Origin: Carcharhinus longimanus
Lineage: Eukaryota
Length of the DNA: 64,000 bases
Direction of reading: 5' to 3'
Assembly: GCA_030264375.1 (NCBI GenBank)
Contig: JASCQW010000081.1
Coordinates: 92,181,768 to 92,245,767 of the forward strand
A program made the position numbers and the translations under genes. Shown here piece after piece: positions 24,037-37,499 of this stretch (within the stretch, counting starts at the first letter, position 1; each line of letters starts with the position of its first letter). The notes beneath the pieces were generated by a model, which ran no database searches, had not been told where the DNA came from, and saw only the letters and a list, made by a program, of their open reading frames with translations.

Positions 24037-24279
24037 CTGAAAAGAAAATGGTCTTTAGCTTCGCAAAATTTCATTGGCACACTCCACTTGCCTCGACTAG
24101 CATCACCAGACCTCAATTTACCACCTTCCTATATTTTTAGGCGCTCTTCAGGATGCTACATGAAAATGATATTTTACTACATTCACAAATTTACCAGTGT
24201 TGTCAAGTATATGTGGGTATAAATGGTTATACTACTCCAACTGTAAAACAAAGGCTGCACGGAGACAAGATTCATGACC

Positions 24280-26240
24280 GGCAGCTCACCATTCTGTCCA
24301 AGACTCTGCTCCGCCATTCAACCAGACCATGGCTAGCTGGATATAATCCTCAACTCCACATTTCAGCCTTTTGTACATGATTGATACCTTATCGATATCT
24401 AAACAACATGTCAATTCCAGCCTAGAACTTCCTTAACGAGCCTTGTCTTTGTGGTAAATAATTAGGCAAACTTACCACTTCTGAGGAAAGAAATTCCTCC
24501 TCCTCTGTGTTAAATGGGCGACTCCTTGTTTTAAGATTATGCGCTCTGGTCCTCCACTCTCTCACAATATGAAGCGTCCCCTCAGTTTTTACCCTATCGG
24601 ACCCCCTGAGGACCCGAGATCTCTCAATAAAATCACGACCCTTTTTTTGACCTCCAATGAATAAAGGCACAACCTTCTTAACCTCTTCGAGTAAGAATAT
24701 CCTCCCACACCGGAGCAATCTGGTGAAACCTCTCTGGACTGCCTCCAATGCTAGGACATCTTTCCTTATATAACGGGATCAAAACTGTTCACAGTATTCC
24801 AGATGTCAGCTGACAAGTGATTTGCGTAGGTTTAACAAGTGTTGCCTACGTTTACTCTTCACTTCCATTGCAATAATGGCCAATATTAGATTTCCTTCCC
24901 AATTTTCTGCTAAACGTTTATACTTTTTGTGAACTACGCATGGGGATTCCTAGATCCTGCTCTGCAATCTTTTTCCATAAAAAATAACAGTTCCTTTATA
25001 TTCCTACCAAGGTGCATAAATTTTACATTTTCCGACGACGTTTTCCATTTTTCACGTGTTGTCTATTTAACTCCCTATCTATATCCCTCCTTAGATCCTT
25101 TGTGTCTTCACCACTTGCCTTCCCATCTTTATTTTTGTGTCTGAAGACCAGAAGAAATAGGAGCAGGAGTAGGCCATATCGCCCTTCGAGCCTGCCCCGC
25201 CATTCAATAAGATCACGGCTGATCTGAAGTGGATCAGTTCCACTTTCCTGCTTTCTCCCCATAACCCTTAATTCCCTNNNNNNNNNNNNNNNNNNNNNNN
25301 NNNNNNNNNNNNNNNNNNNNNNNNNNNNNNNNNNNNNNNNNNNNNNNNNNNNNNNNNNNNNNNNNNNNNNNNNNNNNATATAAATGGTAAACAGTTGAGG
25401 CCCCAGCACCGATCCCTGCGGCACTCCACTAGTCACCAACCACCAACCAGAATAGCACCCATTGATACCAACTCTCTGCTTCCTATTAGACAGCCAATCG
25501 TCAATCCACGCTAACACCTTACCCCCAACTCCGTGCACCCCAACCTTCTGTAGCAACCTTTTGTGAGGCACCTTATCAAAAGCCTTATGGAAATCTAAAA
25601 ACACCACATCCACCGGTTCCCCTCTGTCTACCGCACTAGTCATACCATCATAGAAATCCAATAAATTCGTCAAACACAACTTCCCCTTAATGAATCTGTG
25701 CTGTGTCTGCTCGATCAAACCATTCTTTTCTAGGTGCCTCGCTATTTCTTCTATGTGTCTTTGTGTGTTTGTGTCATCCACAAACTTGGCAATAGTACAT
25801 TCACTTCTCTCGTTCAAATCTTTATTATATATTTTACATAATTTTTGGCCCGGAATGGATGCCTGTGCACTCCAGGTGTTACTCACTGCCATCATGAAAA
25901 TGCACGACTTATTCCTAATCTGTCCTGCATCAGATAGATAATCCTCCATCCATGATAAAATACTACTCCTAACATCATGGGCTCTTATCTCATTAGTTTT
26001 TGTGCAGTATCTTGTCAAATGCTTTTAGGAAATCTCGCTATATTAAATCTACTGGTTGCTCTTTGTCCTTCCTGCTCACTGCCACCTCAAAGGACTCTAA
26101 TACATTTGCCAGGCATGATTTCCCCTTTCATAATGTTAAGCTGACTCTGTTTGATTATAATGCATTTCTAATGACTGTGCTATAATGGACTCTAGCATTT
26201 TCCCACTGAGAGATGTTAAGCCAACTGGCCTATAGCTGCT
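24280..26240 (-). mobile_element. Old CR1 LINE ORF2 with a nested younger CR1 fragment (about 25142-25767)
   Basis: RT motifs LTNLLDFY, DVVFLDFHKAFDKVPH and SGVPQGSVLGPQLF in the young insert; EAVQRGFTRL and YRPVGLTS in the old element. Confidence 0.92.
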
Positions 26241-26422
26241 TACTTTCAAGATAGAACCTTGTCTGGTTATGTACCTAGCCCAGAACATTAAAGATACGCT
26301 GAAGAAACTTTCCGAATTGGAACCAGGAGGAGAAATTATTTCTGGAAGACGATATTTCGGCTTGACTTCAAGGCTGCACACAATGTAGCTCTAAATATAG
26401 CTACTTTGGTTAGAGTAATTAC

Positions 26423-26449
26423 TGTTGCGGACTTTTGCGTGACGAACAG
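26423..26449 (-). CDS. Candidate 27-nt phase 1-1 microexon (A)VRHAKVRN, unit D
   Basis: gtttttttctacag|CTGTTCGTCACGCAAAAGTCCGCAACA|gtaatt. Confidence 0.4.
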
Positions 26450-26589
26450 CTGTAGAAAAAAACTCGATCAGGTATACTCAGAAAACAGCCAGGGAAAAGC
26501 ATGCGTTAACGTTTCATTAATTAGGGGGAAAACGATATAAACACTTACGTATTGTTTTGTCTGTCATATCAGCTTCTAATTTTACAAAA

Positions 26590-26750
26590 AGTAGAGAGAA
26601 TTGCACACTAGTTTTCAGAATACAACCACGGTCCAATTTTAGGCACCTGGCACGGGAAGCTGCCAACAGCCATGATATTACAACAAAACAAATTAATAGC
26701 AGAACTAGCAGCCAAAATGTTTTGTAAAAAGAATGTAAACAGATTTCATA
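26590..26750 (-). pseudogene. NLR unit D: CARD-like exon remnant
   Basis: ORF 26517-26777: AASRARCLKLDRGCILKT (cf. KGSRARR...PKLDKILKE). Confidence 0.4.
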
Positions 26751-26759
26751 AAATGCAGC

Positions 26760-28170
26760 AACAACTAACATGTACATAGCACCTTAAATTAGCATTACGT
26801 CTCAAGGCGCTTCACCCAAACATTATCAATCAAACCTTCAGAAAAAGTAACAGGCAAAATCAACAAATCTTTACTTAAAGTGACCAGATTTGTAGATTCC
26901 GTGGTGGAAGAGTAACAGAGAGACAAAGCAGTTTTGACAGTGTATTCCGGAGATTGGGGATTAAATAACTGACGAAGTTTCTGCTAATGATAGAGCAATG
27001 AAAATCGGGAATACTCAGATCAGCAAAACTAACAAGACGCAGCAGGTATCTCAGAGGATTGTCAATTATGCATAATTAGAGGCTTAGGCAGGGACAACGA
27101 AATTGATGGATTAAAAAATAAGACTACAATTTTAAAATCGAGACGTTGCTTGTCAAGGAACCGATGTAAATCAGCGATATCAAGATGGAAGTGTGAATAT
27201 TACCATATGGGAAGCTGAGCTTTGGCCAACCTCAGGTTTGGGGACAGTAAAACCTAGGGTTGCGGACAGGAGCATTTTTGAAAATTCAATTCTGAAGGCA
27301 TACATAATTCAGCAGTTGATGAACTATTGCAGGGTGAAGTTGTCTATCTGGTGGAGGTGAAATAAGCACCTGAGTGGCAGATACATATGTTTGGAAGCTT
27401 ACCCCGGGGTCAAATAATGCACAACGTTTGCTACAAGCCTGATTCAACCTCAGATAGCACCAATTGAATGGGGTGGGTTTGGCAAAAATGTATGGCGTAT
27501 GTGCAGGGGTGAACTAAAGGCACTGGTTTCCGAAATATTTTGTTATATAATCCAGCTTTCCAGTATCGGATGGTAAACAGATAGTCGCACAGTTCAGAGG
27601 CATATGTTGGAATGAAAGTGATTGCGTTCATGTGTAGTTAGTGTCAATATCACGTAGAAAAGTGACATTGTGTTTTCAGATGGTGCCACTGAGGGGCCGG
27701 ATGTAAATGAAAAATAGGAGCTGGCCAAGCCTAAATCCCTGGAGTATACCAGGTATGGTGATAAGGAACTGGAGGAAACAGCAGTGCAACTATTTCATTG
27801 ATTACAATAATGCAGTTAAGTGGAACGCGATGAAAGCAGTCCCAATCAACTGAGCTGCTGTGCAGAAGATGAGACGGACGCAAGTGCAGATAACAGTATG
27901 CATGGTTGTAGGTATGTCGAAAAGTACGAGCAGGAATAGATTGACGTTTCTGCAGTCGCATAAGATGTCATCAGTGTGTTTGACTGCGAGAGCAGTACTG
28001 CACTGTGTCGTAAGTGGATGGAAACAAAGTTAACAGGCAACAATAATTTCTAGAGCTTTTCAGCCGAAAGTGAAATAGAAGATGGGGAAGTAAGTTTCAA
28101 GCATGTTGGAATCTATTTTTCTTCTTGTGGAGATTCATGATGACGGCATGTTACAAGGGGACTGGCACAA
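26760..28170 (-). mobile_element. Ancient L2-like LINE, probably continuing at about 28500-29100 and 30700-31300
   Basis: aacaactaacatgtacatagcacctt...ctcaaggcgcttcac L2/MIR-type 3' tail, followed by a long purine-rich degenerate body. Confidence 0.55.
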
Positions 28171-28179
28171 CTTTGAATA

Positions 28180-28430
28180 GGACCGTAGAATCCCTAGTGC
28201 AGAAGGAGGTCATTAGCTTCAGCGAGCCTGCACCGACAATAATCCCACCCCATCCCATAACCCCACGTGTTATACCATCCTAGTCCCCTTGACACCAAGC
28301 AGTAATGAAGTATGGCCAATCAAAGTAACTTGTGCATCTTTGAATGCTGGGTGAAAACCGGAGCATCGGGAGGAAAACCACGCAGTCACCCATGGACAGA
28401 ATTGAAGGCAGCAGTGCTAAGCAGCGTAGA
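28180..28430 (-). mobile_element. HE1-like SINE
   Basis: tagaatccctagtgcagaaggagg..; aaaccggagcatcgggaggaaaaccacgcag; aggcagcagtgctaa. Confidence 0.8.
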
Positions 28431-29199
28431 GAGCTGTGAGGTGCTTCTCAGGATTGTTTATGGTGATGATGCAAGCTCTGGTTATCTATGACTTTCAGGG
28501 CGTTCAGGGAATAATGAACAGTTGTGGCACGCGAGATCAAGGCCCAAGAGGGCTCTATTTTGTTTAACCAGACTTGATCGTCAGTGTCCAATCCTGTTGT
28601 TCACAGCTGCAATTTTGACTGCAGTTGTGAATTGTAAACGATTTTGAAGATAGCTTTCTCTTGGCAGACACATGATCAGAGTATTGGAATAGAGAACAGG
28701 GATACGGTTGTCGAGTGACAAGGAGACGTTTCATCTCTGATGGGATGGATATCGAGATTTCGTGAAATGATAAGGCATATGAGTGGACGTGTATATGTAT
28801 TGCGGAATTTACTTGCAAGGGGAGATTGAGCGATGATTGGAGGTCAATAAACTCAGTGGAGGGGGAATGACATGATGAATTGATTTACTTTTATGTGATC
28901 GAAGGTGATAAATTGTTCGATGTAGAGGCTGAATGAATATATCAGTGTAGTTATGTGACTGAAAGATTGCAAGGTAGCTTTGGCGGGCTGTAAAGGGAGA
29001 GTGAGGACAGAGAACGGGAAGTGAGAGAAGTGGAACAAGGTGAAATGCCGAGACGAAGTGTAGCTGCTGGGGACTGGCCCCGAAGGGATTCGGTATAAAA
29101 TCAGATTGTTTCCACGGCAACCTGCGAGAAAATGGAGTAAGTCACAACCACACAGTGAGGCAACATTTGGGCAAAACATAGTAGTGCTTAGAAGCCGAA

Positions 29200-29450
29200 T
29201 TTCTGTTCCAACGATGCACAACCACACAAGCATCCGTTGAAACTTCATTAATGACACGAGTGTTCTGGTTACCTGGAAGAAAAAATGGCAAACAGTGCCA
29301 ATGTCCAATTTTCGGCGGGCAGAGTCCACAGACTTAACACGCAATGGGCAGTTCGATTTGAATGAAACTGGCAGAGCTGTACCCCGCAAGTTCATTGGGT
29401 ATGAAGCTCGATGACAGGAAAGGATTAGGCGGTCGAGGCCGTTGCCCATG
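29200..29450 (-). pseudogene. NLR unit E: probable HD2 end of the NACHT exon
   Basis: ORF 28853-29449: KLDIGTVCHFFFQVTRTLV (cf. RSLLNTLHYLFESQNRGLA); position collinear after 31440. Confidence 0.35.
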
Positions 29451-29534
29451 AGGAAGTAGCAACGAGTCCTATGCTCCGTGATTGTGAGTATTGTTACAGA
29501 CGCAGGTGGAAAAACAGTAGGTTCAACAAATACG

Positions 29535-30700
29535 AAATAGAGTCATAGAGTCGTAGAGGTTTACAGCATGGAAACAGGCCCTTCAGCCCAACTNNNNNNN
29601 NNNNNNNNNNNNNNNNNNNNNNNNNNNNNNNNNNNNNNNNNNNNNNNNNNNNNNNNNNNNNNNNNNNNNNNNNNNNNNNNNNNNNNNNNNNNNNNNNNNN
29701 NNNNNNNNNNNNNNNNNNNNNNNNNNNNNNNNNNNNNNNNNNNNNNNNNNNNNNNNNNNNNNNNNNNNNNNNNNNNNNNNNNNNNNNNNNNNNNNNNNNN
29801 NNNNNNNNNNNNNNNNNNNNNNNNNNNNNNNNNNNNNNNNNNNNNNNNNNNNNNNNNNNNNNNNNNNNNNNNNNNNNNNNNNNNNNNNNNNNNNNNNNNN
29901 NNNNNNNNNNNNNNNNNNNNNNNNNNNNNNNNNNNNNNNNNNNNNNNNNNNNNNNNNNNNNNNNNNNNNNNNNNNNNNNNNNNNNNNNNNNNNNNNNNNN
30001 NNNNNNNNNNNNNNNNNNNNNNNNNNNNNNNNNNNNNNNNNNNNNNNNNNNNNNNNNNNNNNNNNNNNNNNNNNNNNNNNNNNNNNNNNNNNNNNNNNNN
30101 NNNNNNNNNNNNNNNNNNNNNNNNNNNNNNNNNNNNNNNNNNNNNNNNNNNNNNNNNNNNNNNNNNNNNNNNNNNNNNNNNNNNNNNNNNNNNNNNNNNN
30201 NNNNNNNNNNNNNNNNNNNNNNNNNNNNNNNNNNNNNNNNNNNNNNNNNNNNNNNNNNNNNNNNNNNNNNNNNNNNNNNNNNNNNNNNNNNNNNNNNNNN
30301 NNNNNNNNNNNNNNNNNNNNNNNNNNNNNNNNNNNNNNNNNNNNNNNNNNNNNNNNNNNNNNGCCGAAGGGCCTGTTCTGCGCTGTAATGTTCTATGTTC
30401 TATGTTCTATAACTTTCTTCACGTCCACTATGCCACCAATCTTGGTGTAATCTGCAAACTTACCAACTATAGCCCCTATATTCTCATCCAAATCATTAAT
30501 ATGAATGACAAATAACAGTGGACCTAGCACTGATCCCCGAGGCACAGCGCTCCTCAGTCACAGGTCTCCAGTTTGAAAAACAACTCTCTACAACCATCAT
30601 TTAGGTACCTCACTCTGGATCCCGTGAGGTTTAACTTTATGCAACAATCTACCATGCGATACCTTGTCAAAGGCCATGCTAAAGTTCATGTAGACAAATG
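29535..30700. mobile_element. CR1 pieces around a 769-N gap
   Basis: Minus tail gagtcatagagtcgtagaggtttacagcatgg; plus tail gccgaagggcctgtt..atgttctatgttct; then a minus RT fragment (gtgtaatctgcaaactt = KFAD., cagcactgatccccgaggcac). Confidence 0.8.
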
Positions 30701-31439
30701 ATGTCTGTGATGGTAGTAAAGGAAAATAGTGAGAAGCACTGAAAAGTTGGGGTAAGCATTTGACTATGCCAGATTGGAGAGATCATAGGACGCGAGAGTC
30801 AGGAGAGAGGTGCATAGGTGTTTGAAGAGACCATACGACGTGGGAGCAGAAATATGTCATTTGGCTCATCTAACCTTGAGAAATAAACGAATTTTGAAAT
30901 GAAAGTGATGGGCACTGTTCCGGAGTGGCAGCCAGAGTGTGAGCATGAATGCACATATGGAGATCCCAAATAATCCAGCTAGGTGGCAGAATATTTTGGA
31001 AATGAACACCGAATAGAGAATGGACCTGGGGAATAATTCCGTTGGGAGATGCAGGAAATCCGATCGCGGATGAAGCTGAAGTGGGCAGTGTGGTGTCAAA
31101 ATGGCGTATCAGCGAATTTCTGCCCAAGTTTTGAGTTGGATGCGGCAGAACAACAAAGTTCTGAGGCGACTTGAAATGTTGAGTATTGGAACGTGCACAC
31201 GTAGAGGCAGCTCAATGGAATTAAGATCTAGGAGGTGTGCATATTCTGTTGTGGAACAGAAAAATAAGTTACACATCACCTTACAAGCCAAAGCCAGTAG
31301 ATAAATATACATTGATAAATATACGACGGTGAATTGCCTTGTGAGGGTCTCCCCCCGCCACTGTCATCACATGAGCCATCTTGAAAATCCTTGCCTAAAG
31401 CTCACGTTTGATGATAGCCATCACAGATGAAGGCAAATC

Positions 31440-32800
31440 TGAGGCCCAGTGAACGAGCAAGTCAATTGAAATTAAGTCTAATCACATTCAAAATGTTTTG
31501 CAAATGTATGGTTGCTAGTTGTGCTCCTCTGCTCAAGACTAATTCTACTTTCGTCGTGGATAGGAGAGCGAATTCGCCACACCAAAATGTTAGCGACACC
31601 AAGTATACTGACATCGAAGTAATTTACCAGGTTTTAGCAATATTTGTATGCTACCATATTCAATGTCAAACAACACAATGTTCTGGTTGTTGATATTCCG
31701 AACGTAACCCGTTTTGATGCTTGCTGCAGTTATTGAGAGATTTGGCCATTGTGCTTAAATCTGGAAGAGAAGGACCAGAAAATTTTCCCATTGCAGGATG
31801 GAAATTGCTTTGCAGCCATTGCAAAGCAGCACATTGATGAGTTCGGTGTAACAATTCAATGATGTACGTTGATATACTTACAATATTGTAAATAGTAACA
31901 GAATAAAACCGCGCCATTAATTGCGGTGAGTTGCATTCTAATGCATAAATTTCATGCATTCAGTGGTTGTCTGCATCATGCTATTGCACAGTTCCTCTTG
32001 TCTATTGCCTTCTTGCTTTCCGGAAAATTTTCTTTCAGGACAGCATAATTTAACAATACTGGAATTTATATTGGCAATGTTATCGGAGGAATATATCTCC
32101 ATTTGGAATGAAGAAATGATTTTCGTAAGGTTAGCAGGTATAATATTGTGCAAAACCATTTGTTTAGACTCATCATCTAAATATATTCATACCATATGGT
32201 TCGCCGGCAGGGACAACATTTTCCAATGGAAGCAGAGCAAACTGCGTTTCAATTCAATTATTTAGGCTTCTGTCAAGTGACCGATAATACTGACGAATTG
32301 TGCATTCTGTGTAATTCAATATTCAGATGATGGCAATAAATTTGCAGTGGTTTGAAGAGCTGTCCCCAGTTACTTTCAAGCTTAATTTCTGCTGTTTGCG
32401 AGGATAGTAATCTAATGTCGTTGAAAGATGTTTAAATGCATTAATTGTTACAATACAAAGTAAAAATACACCCAATATGGAAATTGCTAGAGTGGCCACT
32501 ATTTGTGTCACTTGAAATATAAAAGGGAACAATTAGACAGCCGTGATTTACATTGACTAAAATTTTCGATTTCTATCCTTTCATTTGAAAGGCATTGGAT
32601 TTATCTTTAAATTGCAACTCAGCTTTGGTCATGGAAGATTGCGACATTCTTTCTTTCCCATCCACTTTTCCGGAAGTGCTTATATGCTGAACATGAGGCC
32701 TCTGGCCTGTAGTTGGCGATATTGAGCGCGAACCTGCGTTCTGCGGCCTTGTGCGCAAATAGATGAGCTTTGTTTTTTCAATTTTCCAAGGCAGCGCCAT
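31440..32800 (-). pseudogene. NLR unit E: decayed FISNA-NACHT exon
   Basis: KKQSSSICAQGRRTQV (cf. QKHKETLRAQTETLRV); VTQIVATLA...TLDYYP (cf. VQKIVYDWA...ILDQYP); ARFYSVTIYNIV (cf. TQLYSYYIYNIL); QYTW..GEFA (cf. VYTF..QEFV). Confidence 0.6.
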
Positions 32801-32861
32801 AGTTTAAAATGGGAAAAAATACGTTCGGCAAGATTACCTGCACGAGTTATGATATACTTAC

Positions 32862-32888
32862 CTTGCTCTTTTGAAGAAGTGCCAACGA
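32862..32888 (-). CDS. Candidate 27-nt phase 1-1 microexon (V)VGTSSKEQ, unit E
   Basis: ctattgatttcag|TCGTTGGCACTTCTTCAAAAGAGCAAG|gtaagt; resembles 41772 and 46866. Confidence 0.45.
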
Positions 32889-33449
32889 CTGAAATCAATA
32901 GAGAATCAAGTGTGAGTGAAAATTGATGCTCCATTTGAATACACATTTTTCAGGAATTAGGATTCGCAGCTTGGTGTGAAATGTCGTAATATTAAAATAA
33001 GAATTAACGATGCAAATTAAAATAAGTTTCAGACTTCAACTTAGCTTCTTTCGTATGTTAGCCAACATTATTTCATATATTATAGCCATTAATGTAAACA
33101 TGAACATGTGTGGTAGTCGCGTTTTTTAAAAGAACAAACCAAAATAAATTGATTTCTCCAAACACTGCATTGAGAAAATATTGATGAAAACAATTGAGAT
33201 ATCTGTGAGGACTTTGAAGACCACAATTGCTTTCGTGCTTTATATGGAATCTATACACAGAAACAATTCATATGTAGATGTTTCTAACCAAAATGAATCT
33301 TCTCCAACTTTATTGCCAGTCACCATGCTGGACCCTGTTTCTCTATTTCACTGTCCGGCATCATCTCTGACCATACATTTTTGCTCTATGCTTTAGTGAT
33401 TGTCGTTTCATGCCTCTTTGATCAAACTACACAATCGGTGAAACAGTTT

Positions 33450-33810
33450 TTCCTGTATATTCAAAAGGAAGTTCATAATTTCGGAGATCTCCATGACTTT
33501 ATGCATTGGCATTATGAACAATTTATCCATTCTTAATAGTCATGGCCGTTCAATGATGGTGAAACCTCATGGCAAGAGAAGTCCCCAAGTGGATCTTCAA
33601 ACAATGATAAATATAGAAATTACCGTCGCTCAGTTCAATGAAGTCAAAAATGCAACTGTAATATTTGCATTACATTTAGTCAGCCTACTCATTCTCACAG
33701 CACATATATTTCATCTCCAATCGTGTAAACCAAATTCTTCAGTAAACCAAATATGTTAATACGTGAGGGACACTTCCAGAGACAACTGCATGGCCTGGAA
33801 TTTACAGCAG
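33450..33810 (-). pseudogene. NLR unit E: decayed CARD-like exon (paralog of 50720-51070)
   Basis: NLVYTIGDEIYVL (cf. RLEQAIEEGVEGL) and TIKNG*...HGD/PKL/NFLLNIQEK (cf. VMEKGS...HGVPKLDKILKEIQEL), read across frameshifts. Confidence 0.5.
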
Positions 33811-34519
33811 GTGCTGAAATAGCTACACAGCATGCCAAAATTGGACCTCAATTTGCTAATCAACATCTTTTGTTTATGTTTCCCAGGAAATGAAATGGCT
33901 ATTACCAAAGAGCACAAAATAAATATAATGGATTTAAAGTGGCCAGCAAGTGTTTTTTTTTAACCAAGTATAAGGTATAAACAGAGCTACGCTTCAATTG
34001 ACAAAGCAGTTCGGTATATAATGAATCTTCGGATATTTTGAAACTTGCAATGAAACTTATTATTGTCAAACCACTGACGCAATGAAGTCCAGTCATTGTT
34101 GAATTGCAAACGTAATGAAGTTTTAAAAAAATGTTTTGGGAAGCTCAGGAAATTTGTGGAAGAATACAGAGAAAATGCCCATTCTTACACTTATTTCATG
34201 GAGACCAGCCTGATACCCGCTTTGAAGAGGAATTGGACAGAAAAGAATATGGCAATAGTGAGTGTGAGTGTATATTACACGAAAATGCAGAACGATGCTG
34301 AATTTGAAACACGGGCAAGCAATTACGAAGGACCAGCCACATTACCCCAGCGGCCGAATGAATGCCCTACAATCAGAATTTAAAATGTACAGATATGAGC
34401 AGACCTGCATACAAAACAANNNNNNNNNNNNNNNNNNNNNNNNNNNNNNNNNNNNNNNNNNNNNNNNNNNNNNNNNNNNNNNNNNNNNNNNNNNNNNNNN
34501 NNNNNNNNNNNNNNNNNNN

Positions 34520-35450
34520 AGATGTAGCTGGTCTGATTAGTAAGTTTGCAAATGATACAAAGGTTGCTGGAGTTGCAGATATTGATGAACATTGTCAGAG
34601 ATTACAGCAGGTTATAGATAGGCTGGAAAATTGGACGGAGAAATGGCAGATGGAATTTAATCCAGGTAAATGCGAAGTGATGCATTTTGGTTGATCTAAT
34701 GCGGGGTAGGGGGCGGTTGAGCTATAAAATAAATGGCAGGACCTTCAGGAGTATAGGCACACAGACCCATCTGGGTGTGCAAGTCCACAGATCCTTAAAG
34801 ATGGTAAAACAGGTGGAAAAGGTGGTGAAGAAGGCATATGGCATGCTTGCCTTTATTGGACGGGGCCTTCAGTATAAAAGTTGGCATATGATTTTGCAGT
34901 TATGTAGAACGTTGGTTAGACCACATTTGGAATACTGCATCCAGTTCTGGTCGCCACACTACCAGAAGGACTTGGAGGGTTTGGAGAGAATGCAGAAAAG
35001 GTTTACCAGGATGTTGCCTGGTATGGAGGGTAGTAGTTATCAGGTGAGATTGAGTAAAGTAGGGTTGTTCTCCCTGGAAAGGCGGAGGTTGCGGGACGAC
35101 CTAATAGAATTTTATAAAATTATGAAGGGCATAGATAGGGTGAACAGTTGGAAGATTTTCCCCAGGTCAGAAATGACAAACACAACAGGTCTCAAGTGCA
35201 AGGTACGGGGGTAAGTTTCAATAAAGATGCGGGGGACGTTTTTCACACAGAGCGTGGTGGGGGGCTGGAATACACTATCAAGCAAGGTGGATGAGGCAGA
35301 CACGCTAGGATCATTTATAACTTATCTAGCTAGCCACATGAACAGACTGGGAATAGGAGGATACAAACGGATGGTATAGTTAGGAACACATGTTCGGTGC
35401 AGGCTTAGAGAGCTGAAGGGCCTGTTCCTGTGCTATATTGTTCTTTGTTT
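34520..35450 (+). mobile_element. CR1 LINE ORF2 C-terminal region and tail
   Basis: ISKFANDTKV, WQMEFNPGKCEVMHFG, LVRPHLEYCIQFWSP, LERMQKRFTRMLPG. Confidence 0.95.
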
Positions 35451-35764
35451 AGGATTCGGCCAGCTGGGTAGCAGTTCTGCTGCTGGGGCACTCCTGTTAA
35501 TGGGCATTGAAGTCCCCAGCCAGAATTCATCATGCACACTTGTTTCCCTCAATGTTTCTTACAAATGGTGTCTTACATTTTGGAGTACCAACTCATCGGC
35601 GAAGATAGGATGGTAAGTAGCAAATGATGGATTTCCTCATTTTACTCGAAAACACAAACTTAGCAAATATTCAAATTGCTAAATGTATGTTATTTGCACG
35701 AAGTTTAGATAACAAATATGTAGTATTGGAGAGAAAGTCTTGTCTTTCTTTATTCCTTCTTGCG

Positions 35765-36440
35765 GCATCTGGTTCACTGCCTGCGGCACAATTAATTGTC
35801 TATTCCTAATTGGCTTTGATAAGGTGATGGTGTGCTGCCTTCTTGATCATTCTGCCAATGCTTTGAAAGTGCAGTCACAGTGTTGATAGGGAGAGAGTTA
35901 AAGGATCTTGATCAACAGTGGGATCTTTCCAAGTCAGGTTGGTGAGTGGCTTGGAGGGGAGCGTCCAGTGGGCGTGCTTGCATGAGTAATTTGTTTTTAT
36001 CTTTCTAGATGGCAGCGGTCTTGGGTGCGCAATATACTGTCTGAGGAATCTCGGCGATTTCCAGCAGTGCATCTTCTAAATTGGGCACAGTGCTGCTGCT
36101 GTTCGTCGTTGAAGCTGGGAGCGAATGTTTGCAGATTGAATGTTTGCACCGGAATAAGCGCACTACTTTGTCCCAGAAAGTGTTAAACTCCTTGTTTGTT
36201 TTTGTGCTCCGATCACCCAGAAGTTTGACAGTATTCCTTTAAACATCTGAATTGAGTCATGTAAATGGTGGAGGGGCTTTGGCAAGTCATGCAGTAAAAT
36301 ACTTCACACTGGGTTCTTATCCTCTGACCTGCTTTTGGAGCAAGGGTATGCGTGTGGATAGTCCTGCTTCGTTCCTGGCCATTGATCACACCCATATGTT
36401 GATATAGCAATAGTGTCAGATTGTCTCTCTACTTCTTCAG
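35765..36440 (-). mobile_element. Shark L2/CR1-clade LINE 3' region
   Basis: MHCWKSPRFLRQYIAHPRPLPSRK; same family as 38810-39245. Confidence 0.7.
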
Positions 36441-36624
36441 AGTTTTCAAACTGGAATGGCCATAATGATACAGTAGTTGGCGTGCCAAAGTGCCAAAAAT
36501 ATTCAGAAATCAAATGCTCCGGTGTTCTTCTTTATTCTTGTTTCCTTTCATTATGGCTGAATACAAATGCAACCGCCCATCAGTTGTAACTAGTAAACTC
36601 GACTGTGATTTATTTCATTCACAA

Positions 36625-36896
36625 AGCTAAAGTTAAGGTTTATTCATCATAAGTAGGCTTACATTATCACTGCAATGAAGTTACTGTGAAAACGCCCCAG
36701 CTGCGCGCCTATTTGGGTACAAATGAGGGATAAGTTAGCATGGCCAATGTACTAAATCAGCACGTACCACAGAAGAAGCACACGCAGGCAGTGGGAGTAC
36801 GAGCAAACTTCACAAAGACACGATCACCACAAGCCATGAATCGAACCCCGGTCCTCAGTGCTGTGAGGCAGCAATGCTGTGCCACTGTGCCGCCAA
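36625..36896 (-). mobile_element. HE1-like SINE
   Basis: aagtaggcttacatt.tcactgcaatgaagttactgtgaaa...gctgtgaggcagcaatgct.tgccactgtgcc. Confidence 0.8.
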
Positions 36897-37499
36897 TGGC
36901 GATATTTGCATGGCAGGTATTGCAATTTTGGAGGCCTCTTGATAATATTTCTTGCATGACTACACACAACAGAATATCTATCATGTGTTTCCTGACATCA
37001 TTGCCCACAAAGATCGCCAATGTCCAATGTCTTAACAACTACTGAACAGCAATCAGCAGCAATACTTCGTGATTATATTTGACTCGATATACAATGGGTC
37101 TTACGGCCTCTGTAATACATCTCCCTTATTACAATGCACCAATTTCACCCAAAATGCCGGACTCTGCGCTTCCTGTTAAAATTATCTCAAAAATAATGCG
37201 TGCGCTTTAGTGGTAAGCATAATATCCACCTATTCATTTGCTCATACTTTATTATGAGAGACGATTGTTCAAATAAGTTTGACAGAGAGATGCTATAATT
37301 GCTATTTACGAATGACACAGAGCTCTTTTTTCCATTTTACAATGTGGCATGGTATCCAAACCTACCCAACTGACGTGATTAAACAGACTTCTCATTGCCA
37401 TTCTTCCGCACTTTTACTCTTCGTAAGTACATTTCCTTTAAAATAAATTCGTTGATTTCTTTAGGATTAGGGACCTAGTGACAGTATTTCTTTCGAAAA

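Noticed and set aside
25023-26018. 331-aa reverse transcriptase ORF
   Set aside because: A chimera of two nested CR1 fragments read through an N-gap; not a gene, retron or intact element.
29568-30515. Long ORFs here and near 7000, 11150, 34400, 48600, 51900 and 57000
   Set aside because: Their length comes from runs of N.
32323-32532. Hydrophobic ORF that looks like a transmembrane exon (IVATLAISILGVFLLCIVTI)
   Set aside because: Its position and flanks (VTQIV..LA, LDYYP) fit the decayed post-Walker-A region of unit E. No signal peptide exon or FXYD/DAP12-type motifs were found.
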